Shown here: positions 53,097-64,000 of the stretch, piece after piece
Numbering within the stretch: the stretch's first letter is position 1
Layout of the letters: each line of letters opens with the position of its first letter
DNA from: Epiperipatus broadwayi
Taxonomy: Eukaryota > Animalia > Onychophora
Direction of reading: 5' to 3'
Length of the DNA: 64,000 nucleotides
NCBI GenBank assembly: GCA_028023455.1
Contig: JAQFVV010000003.1
Coordinates: 17,732,001-17,796,000, forward strand
Translations under genes and position numbers: made by a program
Notes under the pieces: model-generated
Seen by the model: the letters and a program-made list of their open reading frames with translations, nothing else
Databases searched by the model: none
Told to the model about the DNA's origin: nothing

Positions 53097-54420
53097 TGTG
53101 ATAATAGTTATCTGACCCTATCATCAAAAAGCTGGACTATTTATTGCCAGATCCTTGTCCTTAATAAAAGCATTTGGATTCAGTAAGAATCATTATCTAT
53201 TGGCCAATTCTTATCATTGGCAATGTGTTATCTCTTTGTATTTGCATTAGTTAATGACAACGAATGCTCAGTCTGATCTAAATAAGATGGAATCTGGACT
53301 AGTCCATTAGGCAAGTTGGAATATGACATTCCCTCCCTCTGGCTAAAGTTAGCCCTGAAGAATGTAATCATGCAAGTGCCTTGGTAGGAGTCTTCTTTGC
53401 TTTGTAGTTTCTTATGGCTTGATGATCTTTTCAGAAGGTCCACAGTTATCATCTGTTGATTTTGGAACTGTAGGTTTATCACAGCTGATTGATGACTCAT
53501 TATTGTTGGCTTGCAACTCTGTCATCTGATGAGGTTTTGCTGATGGATGGTCATGGAACTGTAGGTTCGCACAGCTAGTTGATAATGCATCACTGTTGGC
53601 ATACCCCTTTTTGACATTTGATGAGGTGTTGCTGGTAGCTAGTTTTGAAACTGCAGGTTCATTACAGCTGGATGATAATGTGTAATTTATTTTAAATTGG
53701 TTTCTGAGATAATGAAGCTGTCCATCAACAGTTTCAACCACCAGTTTGTGATCATTTAACTATGATCATGACTACTGAAACCTATCTAGTGGTTCCTTTA
53801 AATATGCAGCACAAGACATGAGTACATATCTGCTTTTTTATAGTTCCATGCATTATTTTAGGATTCAAACCTGGATTATTGACTATATTTGGGTAGATCC
53901 TGTTTGAATTTATTTTTGTGAGCTGGTTCCTTTTAATCAATATAAAACCTAAGTGAGTGAATCAGTCATGTCCTAATAAATTGCTCTGCATATAAAGCAG
54001 ATACCCAAGAGGCAGAAATCTAGTTTTCTTGCTCACTGTAATCTTTAATTTTGCCTGACTCAAGAGTACTACTAGATTGCCTTGGTAATCACCATGTTTT
54101 GCTGCTAGGATGCAGCTGTGATTTATTATTCTTATTAACGATAGTCTATTTTGTCACAATGGGCACTGGAGACCTGGTGTCCAGTTCCATTGTTACAGGT
54201 GTGTCATTAATGAGTATTCTGCATTTAAAAACAGAGTCAGTGCTTCTCACATTGTTTATACAGGCATTTTGTTTTTTAGGCTTTAAATTACCTTTTTAGC
54301 TTTTTGGAATGGATTCATTCATTCTGTAATTAACACTTGTTGCTTTCTTAAAAGCAAGCAGCTTTTGTGAGACCAACATAATTGCAATATGTACACACTA
54401 TACTGGTGTGGATATTTGGT
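53097..54420 (-). mobile_element. Internally deleted Ty3/gypsy remnant: protease, post-integrase tail, PPT and candidate 3' LTR
   Basis: ILINDTPVTMELDTRSPVPIV (retropepsin DTG-like motif) and NLLGHD*F (cf. LLGRDWL). VETVDGQLHYLRNQF resembles the gypsy post-integrase region. PPT AGAGGGAGGGAA (53341-53329 region) is followed by TGTCA at 53328. The LTR end at 53097 is tentative. Confidence 0.65.
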
Positions 54421-54424
54421 GTGC

Positions 54425-57300
54425 ACATGTATCAGTTGTTCACAACAACCCTGTACACTTTCTTATTTCATCCATCATGTGGTCTCTTTCTGGATCTTTC
54501 ACAATCTCTTGGAATCATGTTTAATATTTCAATTGTCCATCTATTATATCTTTTCTAACAGTTGTGACCAGCCCAACTCCACTTCAATCTTTTAATCCTT
54601 TCAGTGATGTTAGCAACATCTGTTTGTACTCATACCCATATATTGCATTTTCGATCTCTTTTTGTTACTCCTAACATGCATCTCTTCATACTTCTTTCAG
54701 TAGTCTGAAGTCTCTGCATTGCTCTTCTATTACGTGCCCAAGTATATTTATTAAAAATCTTCATTTTCAAACACATAAGCATATTTCCTTTTAATAGTAA
54801 ATTATTTCTACCAAAAGCATTCTAATCAAGTTTAATTCTATAATTAATTTTATGTATTATGTTTCCATAGGTAGTAATAATCTGACCAAAGTATTTATAG
54901 ATGTTAACTTCTTCTAACACATAATAATTCTTTATTTTCATAGGCATATTTCCTTTTAATAGTAAATTATTTCTACCAAAAGCACTCTAAACAAGTTTAA
55001 TTCTATAATTAATTTCATGTATTATGTTTCCATAGGTAGTAATAATCTGACCAAAGTATTTATAGATGTTAACTTCTTCTAACACATAATAATTCTTTAT
55101 TTTCATCTTTTGAGAAAATCCATAGAACATTACTTTAATCTTTTTAATGTTTACTGTTAGTCCTATTTTTTTTACTTTCCTCTGATAACTTGCAACATTT
55201 CCTGAAACTCTGAAGCATTATTTGCAAAAACAACTACATCATCTGCAAAATCTAAATGACTTAAAATAATTTCCATCTACTTTTATTCCTTTAGCTTCCC
55301 ATTTCTATCCACAAAATACTTCTTGCAACACTGCTGTAAAAAGTTTTGAAGATATGGAGTCATCCTGTCTTACACCTTTCTCAATGTTAAACTTCCTAGT
55401 ATCATTATGTAATCTAATTGCTGCTGTTGCATTTTTATAAATATTCTTCAGAATATGACAACAACCTGGGTTTATACCTTGATGATCCCAATGCTTTAAT
55501 CACTGAAGAAATATGTATGGAAACAAATGCCTTTTCACAATCTACAAATCCAAAGCACAATGGCAACTCATATTTAGTGGTCTTTTCTATAACTTCTTTC
55601 AATACTTGGTTAAGATCTATTATAATAAAACCACTTTTAAATCCAGCTTGTTCTTCTGGTTAGTTAAAATCCAAAGTTTGCTATAAACAAGTTGTAATTA
55701 TCTTGATAAAATTTTGTATAAAACTGATAAAAGGCTGATATGTCTGTAATTTCTAATATCTTCTTTATCCCCTTTTTTAAATATTAATATTAATACTGCA
55801 TTCTTCCAATCATCCGGTACATCTATATTATTTAGACATTTAGTATATAACTTTTTCAACAAAAAAAAAATCTATTTCTGCACCTGCTTCTTTTAAGATA
55901 TATAATTCTATCACTATCTGCAGCTTTTCCCTTCTTCATAAATTTAATTGCATGTCTCACTTCTTCGTTTAAAATCCTGAACAATTCAGGAGATATAATA
56001 GTTGTAGGCAGTACTTTAATTCTTGATAGAATTCTTCTACCCATTTCATGATATCTCCGTTTTTAGTAATAGTTTGATTTTTTTTCTTTTTGCAGATATA
56101 CATTTCATATCAATATCAAAATGTTGTTTTACACTCTTGAAACTTTTATTCTCTTCTACAGTTTTCCTTGCTAGTTCACAATTATATTTTCTTATAACCT
56201 TGTCAACTCTTTTTCACACCAATTTACAAAATTCAAGATATTCAATCCTTCTTAATGCATCATTTTTATATATTTTCATATTCCTTCTTTTCTTCATAAA
56301 TTCTCTAGTCTCAGTAAAAAATTTATTGGTCACTTGTTGTTTTTTTCTACCAACTATCTTTGTAGCAGTTTTTATAAGTATATCAGTTATTTTCTTATTA
56401 ATTTCATTCAAATCTGAATCATGTTTAAATTCTGCTAATATTTGAAAACGATTTACAAGTTCTAATTTATTAGAATGTTTCTGAAGATTAGGAATATCAA
56501 CTATGAGTATTGTTTTATTTTAGGTAATTTTTGTTTCTCTAGTTTTGCATTAACATGCATCTCACATCTTACTAATCAATGATCACTTCCTGTTTTGAAT
56601 TTATTAATAACATTACAATCTTGAAATATGTATTTTCTGTTAGTCAAAATATAATCCAATTGTGCTGTACCTTCATTTGGATGCCTTCATGTCCATTTCC
56701 TTTTAACATTTTTCTCAAAATAGAATTCATAATATAAAGTTTTTCTTTTTCTGCAAACTCCACAAGTCTATGTCCTCTCTCATTTCTATTACCATAACCA
56801 AATTTATCTACAGTAATTTTATCTTTCAATTTTTTACCAATTCTAGCATTAAAATTTCCCACATTTTAAAATGTTGTTTGGTCTGATCAAAAGCCTTTTA
56901 TACATCCATATAAAAATCCTCTACTACTTCATCACTATGAGAACTTGCTGGGGTGTAAAACTCAATTATCTGCATTTGGTATCCTCTATTAAGTTGAATA
57001 ACAAATCTTGTCACTCTTTCTGATACATCATTAATCTCCACAATGTTGTTCTTCCACTTTGTGCCTTTGTAGTAGAATATATGTTCACTTCACTTTTTCT
57101 TCTAACTTCACAGAGTCTATATGTCCCATTTAATATGAGACAGTTCTCCCAATTCTTGCAATCTTCCTTCACTTGAAAATGATCTGCAGTTGTAAGTACT
57201 TAAATAAAAGGTCATCATCAAATGGCAGCCTGGGTCCACAATCAGGGAATTCTTAGCACTACCCTCTGCTTTTGACCATCAATGAGATAAGGGGCCATGA
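54425..57300 (-). mobile_element. RTE-type LINE, nearly full ORF length, degraded
   Basis: APE N-terminus TYNCRSFSSEGRLQEL...IKWDI..LCEVRR, GNFNARIG, then RT including DFADDV and QTTERSMKRCMLG. Collinear with 45535-47990. Confidence 0.92.
54779..55108. repeat. 165-bp tandem duplication inside the RTE copy
   Basis: GCATATTTCCTTTTAATAGTAAATTATTTCTACCAAAAGCA...TAATTCTTTATTTTCAT starts at 54779 and again at 54944, with about 3 differences. Confidence 0.93.
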
Positions 57301-58256
57301 TTTATTTTTGTCTGTCATGATTGTAAATATCTATCTATTAGAAAAAAAATTTTTTCATTGACACACACATTCATTCTGCCTTATCATTCAATTGAGAAGA
57401 AAGACAGGTGTTTCTTGATGTTAAACTCAGAGGTAAAAAATCCAATAAACTCATCACACTGGGTAATGTGTATTGGTGAGCAGACCATCCATGTTTGTAT
57501 ACTCTATGAATATTCACATAGTAATAACAGCTACGACAAGAACATATAGAGTGAATATTAGGAATTTGCTCTGCTCAGTTCCTTGAAGGCCTCCAAGAGG
57601 AATCAAAAGATCTCCTTTCAATTAATAACAAAGTCCTTTCTGCAGAGTTATGGGATATTTAATGTCATATGTTGTATTTTATTTTCACAATAAGCTAATA
57701 GAGAAAGCCCAAATACTCTTATCCATAATATATTAGGCAAGAAAGGTTTTACAATATATTAAAACCAGTAAACAATTTATTTCTATACAAGAAATGAAAT
57801 AAATATATAGAGAATATATTAGAGCTGTATAATATTGAACTGCATGATTTAATCTAGTTGGAGAGAAAATTATATATAAATATAGTTTGGAGTTATATGA
57901 ACATAAAATATAAAGGACCTATTAAAGAGAGCACATTGTGATTTGGTATAAGACTGGAGCTTTATATACCAGAATAAAAATGCAGAAATGAAATAAGGAT
58001 TAGTAATGTACTTATAGTTTCTATGGAGATGAGAGCGGTAGTATTGAACAATTTTTTTTTTCAGGGTAGGATATACAGAGAGTGGGAGACACATAAAAAT
58101 AAAAGAAGTAAAAATGATTGAAATTTTATACTTTATTTAGGATCTTTTTAATGAAAATGGGGAATATATGGATAAGATAATGAAACTAATGAAATGGAAT
58201 AGAAAATGAACCAGTGCTCGAAAAATACTTTGATAATAAGGAGTAGATGTGTTTAC

Positions 58257-58323
58257 CATAGTAAATAATGATTTCAGAAAGTGAGAATATTTGATTTTGT
58301 TGACAGAATTCCTGGGCATTTGG
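58257..58323 (-). CDS. Possible coding exon of an unidentified gene
   Basis: Acceptor TTTCTTTTCATAG, open frame PNAQEFCQQNQIFSLSEIIIYY(G), donor ATG|GTAAAC. No homology recognised. Confidence 0.2.
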
Positions 58324-59510
58324 CTATGAAAAGAAACTCCTAATTTTATTTTAAGATGAAAAGCATTTTATTCATATCACTTAATAACTTATATATGTAA
58401 ATAAATGATAATGGACTATCAACCTTATAATCTGTGTTTCTTAATATGTGGTTGATGGCATATTATCATTTCTTTACAAATATATTACCATCTAATGGTA
58501 CAATTCACATGTGCATTCCACATTGCGATGACACAGAATGCCAAATTTCTTTTACAGTTCGCAAAGTTCAGGGAGAAAATAAGAGACTCTTAATTATTTA
58601 CCTAAGGTTGTTGATTGCAAACAAAGATTACAAACTTCCAAAAATAATGAGACAAACCCAATTTATTATGCATATATAACATCAGACATACACTGGTGTG
58701 ACTTTAGTTAATTGATTGATAAATTAACATAAGGTAAATAAACCTTTTAAATTTTATTAGATCATTTTTATTTTAATAATGCACAGATATAGTATATGGT
58801 GGGTGTAATGATTCAATATTTTAAAATAATTCCTATTTGATACAGTTAATATTAATTGAATGGATTCCAATCTACTGCATAGATACCTATCTGCTCTCTA
58901 CTATCTTCACCACTGTTCTAATGCTAACTGATACAAGCTAATAAGTTATGGCTGATCTTATTAATCGAATTGCTGTGATCAATTACAGGTTATGATATTA
59001 GTACGCAATAAGAAATAAAATATAATTGTAAAATACATGAATTTGCATCTATATTATAATAGTTATATAAGAATGCATATATAAAAAGATTATATAACTA
59101 TTGTAGGAAATAAACTTCTACAGTATATATAGTATATAGTGATCGGCAGACTCATACATATCACTCCACAACATGTTTGAAAGTAAAATGGATGGTATGT
59201 GATAAAAATTGATCAATTACCACACCTCACTGTTTAAATGAGATAATGATTGTAAGGGATAAGCAATCACAAATGAAGTTACAATCATATAATACTAAAG
59301 TGTTACATAAGAATGAGAATCAGATTAAATCATAACCCGAATTATTGGATATCAGCCATAGACTATTATCAATAATAATAATTCAAATAAAAGACCAGTT
59401 AACTAAAAGTGACATCTGTTTAACTGAACCTTCAATCTATCTTGAACTCCATGCCTAATTTAATAAATTTATCTTTTAAATAAAGTGGAAATAATGCTTT
59501 AACTACTCCA

Positions 59511-59834
59511 CATGTGGTGTACAAAATGACATGCCCTCAGGCTAACTGCAGAGCAGTATACTACGGTGAGACCCGGGCCACTATGAACAATAGAGTAGCT
59601 CAACACAAATACTTATACAAAAGAGTATTAAACAGAAATGAGGGCAGCTCAGTATTTGTAGACCACCAAAAAGAGGCTAATCATGAATTTGAACCTGCAT
59701 GTGCTGAAATAGTTTCCACTGAGAGAAATGACATCAAAAGGAAGGTGAAAGAAGCATGGTATATAGCAAGAGACTTGAAGGCAATAAACAGGAAGGATAC
59801 ATGCTTTTCTATATCAAAGAGATGGACAATATAA
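59511..59834 (+). pseudogene. Penelope-like element GIY-YIG endonuclease domain
   Basis: VVYKMTCPQANCRAVYYGETRATMNNRVAQH...SSVFVDH...HEF....AEIV..E....RKVKEAWYI......INR matches the GIY-YIG_PLE pattern (VYxIxC..YxGxT..R..EH..EAxxI..NR). Confidence 0.88.
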
Positions 59835-59872
59835 ATGAGCTTGCATAGATTTGCATAAATTATTAGATTTGG

Positions 59873-59915
59873 AGGCTATGAATATGGAGTCGAATGCTCT
59901 GAAAGCGCTTAGCCT
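59873..59915 (+). ncRNA. Degenerate hammerhead ribozyme-like motif (family E) in the Penelope 3' UTR/pLTR
   Basis: AGGCU AUGAAUA U GGAG UCGAAUG CUCU GAAA GCGC UU AGCCU. Stem I AGGCU/AGCCU, stem II GGAG/CUCU, palindromic AGCGCU stem III. The core has 2 changes. It lies about 40 nt after the GIY-YIG stop. Confidence 0.6.
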
Positions 59916-60174
59916 TAAGAAATATTAGTGTAATTTTTTATGAATTTAATTTCACTATATACATCAAGTGTATTAAACCTTACATAATTATTAATAGTGA
60001 AGAAAAATCTGAAATTATACATCTTTTAATAGCATGGCAAAAGATTGAGATTACAAACTAATTGCCTTTTATAAACTGATTATTTATCATTAGCACTAAT
60101 TAAATTGTGGCATGATATTTAAATAGAACAACTACAATCTCTTGCCATACCTAGTCGTAAACAGATTAAGTAAA

Positions 60175-60391
60175 TAACTATTCATTGACATATTTCATCA
60201 GATAGGAGATAATAGTTAAAGAAAAGATTAGTTTAAAGTTTATAATAAATAATATATATTAAGGCTAACCTTAAGACTATGCCTAACTATTCGTTGACAT
60301 ATTTCATCAGATAGGAGATAATAGTTAAAGAAAAGATTAATTTAAAGTTTATAATAAATAATATATATTAAGGCTAACCTTAAGACTATGC
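60175..60391. repeat. 109-bp tandem duplication
   Basis: TAACTATTC(A/G)TTGACATATTTCATCAGATAGGAG...AAGGCTAACCTTAAGACTATGC starts at 60175 and again at 60284. Confidence 0.93.
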
Positions 60392-61821
60392 GCCTAAAAT
60401 GCAACAGTAGTGACCTCTACAAATCTAAACACAAGATTAATGACTTTAAAAGACAAGAGTGACCACTCTTATCTTTGACCTAATTTCTAATTATATAGGT
60501 AAATCTAAAGCATTTTGATTTGAGAGTGTGAAGCTATTAACTATTTCACTGATTAAATCCACAATTTCTATACAAACTAACACACATGAAATCTTTCGAT
60601 TACAAGTCAGTATGAAGTCTTATAATTAGAAATCTTTTAAAACAAATTATTAATTACAACTTTAAAGTTTATACTAATGCAAATAAAAAGTTTAAAATAA
60701 ATTACTTCCTCACTAAGACATGTATTAATTCAAGTAAGGCATTTATAAAGTATTTCATAATTATGAAGCAGAATCTGCAATTTGATTTTAAAGACTTTTC
60801 ATTTAAAATGAAATAATCCAAAGAAAACCCTTTTAACACATGGAAAATTTAAGATATTCTTTAAATAAAAGTTGCTTAAAGAATAGTTATAATAATATAA
60901 AGTCTTTAACAATCTCAAGGCTTTCAGCATATCTTAAAATTTAATTTGGTAATACCATAAAATCCATAAAAGTATTTAATACTAGTGAAAAACAATTTAA
61001 TTTCTGTTGAGTATTCTGTTGACTTTTCCATAATGCACATTCTGTAATGTAATTTTAAACACTGGGAAGTTTTATCAGTTTAAAGATTGAGTCTGGATGA
61101 GGTTAAATTTAGAAATTCTTTTTTTTTTAAACTTTAAAACAAAATTAAACTAATTAAAAATAGTAACAACTTAAACAAAAATAATAATTAGTTGATCTTT
61201 TTTGCAAGCAAATATGTAGGCAAGTGTGTGCAGGTATGTTCACCAGCTTTATTTATAACATAAGTCATGTGATTAATTTTGATGGATAAATGTGATACTT
61301 AATTACTCCCAATTGACCTATATTGATCAGAAGACACTGACTTCTCAGTATCCTAGGGAAAATACTAAAAATAAACTAATTTGTATATGATGTCTAGACA
61401 GTTAATTAACTTATTTCATCATCTTTAAATAAACATTTTTTAAAAACAAATTATTTAGCAAAAATTGAAATGTATTACAATAAATAAAAAAATATTACAT
61501 AATAAAAGTTACATAATATTCTCTTTACACATTTTTTTAAATTCATTTAAGATCCCAGAATATTTTTAAATCATATATATTTTTTAAAAAATAAGATATT
61601 TAAGAACAACTTTAACATTAAATCAATAAGGAAGCTCTTAAGAAATTAAAGCTTTAACATGCATGCATCGTCACATACATCCTATTATTCTTTATTTAAA
61701 AATTGAGCTCAACTATAAAAATAATTATTGACTTTAAAATTATTTATCTCATTAAATCAACTAAATTTAAAATTATTTAAAGTATTCTATTACAATTAAA
61801 ATCAAATAATGTACTTCTTAC

Positions 61822-61863
61822 AAGTAATTTAAGCACCGGCAACCAAGTCTTAAGGATTTGGAC
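61822..61863 (-). CDS. Possible coding exon of an unidentified gene
   Basis: AACAG|VQILKTWLPVLKLL|GTAAGA. In phase with the exon candidate at 62035-62135 across a 171-nt intron. Confidence 0.3.
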
Positions 61864-62034
61864 CTGTTTTTAAAGTTTTACACTAATATTAACTTTTAAT
61901 AAATTCTGACAATTAATCTAAGTTAGTTTTAATTTCAATATTTTAAAATTAAACTCTTTAGTACTTTACATTAGTAATAACAACTTGATATTTAGCTTTA
62001 AGATAAAAACTGAGTCACAATATATAATTCAAAC

Positions 62035-62135
62035 CTGTTCTGCTTTAATTACAAATGTACTTTGGCTTGCAGCATCTGAATGACAATTGGGCATCAACTT
62101 CTTTCTTACAAGTGCCACCTTCCACTGAGGACTTT
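62035..62135 (-). CDS. Possible coding exon of an unidentified gene
   Basis: ATATTTTTAG|..SPQWKVALVRKKLMPNCHSDAASQSTFVIKAEQ|GTTTGA. Open frame, locally higher GC than the flanks. Confidence 0.3.
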
Positions 62136-62249
62136 CTAAAAATATAAATGTGTAAAAATATAAATATTTATTGTTAAACATTCTCTCTCACACACATCAA
62201 TCCAAGAATGGTCTCTTTTATATATCACTATTTAGATCATCTTCATTGA

Positions 62250-62750
62250 GCTTTTCTTCTTACTCTTTGCTTCCCATACAATGCCTCCTTTTCTGCTCTA
62301 CTTAAAATCTATCAATAGTCTTTCTTTTTTATCATAACCCTCATTACATCTTTAGTGATATGTTTATCTATCTAATTCTTCTTTATTTCTTTCACACATG
62401 ACTCTTTCTCATCATGTTCTCTAATGTATTAGCATTAAAACTCATATATCTCACAATAGTTTTTGTCACAGTAATGATGATGAATAAAATCATGTACCCA
62501 TGGACTCTTGAATCCAATCTTCATATCATCATATCATATAACATTCCTAACCTCATTTGTTAAATTTTTCTCTTAAACCTCAAAACATCAACCCTCCTCT
62601 TAACAGGCTAACTTTCTGTCCAATATAAAACTATATCCCAAATAAAACTTTTAACACCTACCCTCTCAATAGCCCACAACATAAATGTATTATTGATGCA
62701 ATTATCATCTTCAAATTTTTCTATTTCCCTCATCTCATGAACAAGTCTCC
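62250..62750 (-). mobile_element. Probable highly degraded LINE fragment
   Basis: Purine-rich minus strand with a composition like the LINE remnant at 26480-27630. No clean motif recovered. Confidence 0.25.
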
Positions 62751-64000
62751 TATTTTTTGATTAACATTAAACTTTCTTTTATATTGAACTATTTCATTTG
62801 TACCACCTAGTTTGGATTGTAAAATAGTTTTAGAAAAACATTGTTTAAACTTTTTAAATATATTAAAGATTAATAACGATGCACAGGTTAATAACATATA
62901 CATTAGTATAAAATATATTTTAAGCAGTATTTTCCTCTCTTTTTCAGATATTTCTGCAGTAATCATCAGATCTGTTAAATACTAAATTTAACCAGACATT
63001 CTAAACAAAAGAATAACCTACCCAATTAGAGCATCACTTAAATTCAATAGTATGAATTTAAAGGTCATTATTTTGATTTCCATGGCAATGCTATCACTTG
63101 TCAGGCCAGAAACACCTATAGAAGAGATAATAGTACTACTCAATATGCTGTGCTCTATACTAATCTGTACACTACTGCTAACAGATGGAAGTATTTGAAA
63201 AGTTTAAATTTTCCTAAAAATAATTAATAATTAAAACTAGAAGATGGAAACAATCCAACTTATAATTACAAGTAAAATGACATCATCACATACTTTTAGA
63301 AAACAAGACACTTTTTAATATGTCAATTTTCCATTCACATGGTTTAGTTTGATTTACTTATATTTTCATTTCAAAGTTTAATTCAAAGCTCAATCAGACC
63401 TCCTCCCTTGTTAACTGTACTCTCACATATAGTAGTCTGTCATCAGAAAAATAACATGACTTCTCTAATTTATAATTCTGTTTTTTATCAGCAAAATAAG
63501 TTACAATACTTCTGGCTTACAATACTGCTACATTATAGGCTTCATAACATGTGACTCCTTTAATTTACAGTATTGTATATCATCAGTAGATCAACAAATG
63601 ACTTCTCAAATTTACATTTAAATCCATTTAGCAACATAGACCATCCGTCATCGCTCATTCATAAACCATTTCTGAGCATGAGTAATCAATGGATACCAAA
63701 TGGCTGACCAGATACAACAATAGTGCTGATAGTAGTCATCCACTATTCAGTGAAAAGCATTGCTTTACCCATATTTATCCACCAGAAATCTTTATTTCTT
63801 TATTCTATTTAAGTTGATGGCTTGAAATGTTTTCTATACCCCAAAATTTTGAATGCAAGCTAACTTGTTTGCATAGCTTTAAAAATCCAGAACTAGATCA
63901 ATAACTATATACTTTAAAGACTCTGTAATATGCTAATAGTAGGCTCTTTTAATTCTTTGACAAAAAAGAAGATATAGACCAAAGTGATTCATAATTCTCC

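Noticed and set aside
57235-57330. Possible HDV-like ribozyme at the RTE 5' end (GCTAAG motif)
   Set aside because: I could not assign P1, P2 or P3 pairings by eye. It needs a descriptor search.
58490-58680. THAP-like start (MCIPHC...ISF)
   Set aside because: The conserved W and C..HF residues were not found.
60175-60215. Minus-strand CUGAUGA...GAAUAG in the 109-bp duplication
   Set aside because: No stem II, and GAAU instead of GAAA.
1-64000. CRISPR arrays, rRNA, tRNA and prokaryotic operons
   Set aside because: No regularly spaced repeat-spacer arrays, cloverleaf folds or rRNA-like sequence were seen. The DNA is eukaryotic and repeat-derived.

Overview
This is very AT-rich, CpG-depleted eukaryotic (probably invertebrate animal) genomic DNA, dominated by decayed transposable elements. 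I can identify no host gene with confidence; there are only a few weak exon candidates near 58-62 kb and a CpG-retaining promoter-like patch near 52 kb. Recognisable elements are three Ty3/gypsy remnants, four copies of one RTE-type LINE family plus other LINE fragments, a near full-length Tc1/mariner element with TIRs, a pogo/Tigger transposase remnant and a Tigger-like non-autonomous element, a hAT MITE with an 8-bp TSD, an unclassified 1.67-kb TIR element, piggyBac-like fragments and a Penelope-like GIY-YIG endonuclease fragment. The most striking unexplained signal is about 10 minimal type I hammerhead-ribozyme-like motifs from at least 5 sequence-unrelated families. Almost all sit inside inverted-repeat (foldback) structures of 0.3-1.25 kb, one family also forms a 454-bp tandem monomer, and one motif lies directly 3' of the Penelope GIY-YIG ORF. 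This looks like a diverse population of Penelope-like or retrozyme-type ribozyme-bearing elements. No copy in this window has a fully canonical catalytic core. All alignments and folds were made by eye.
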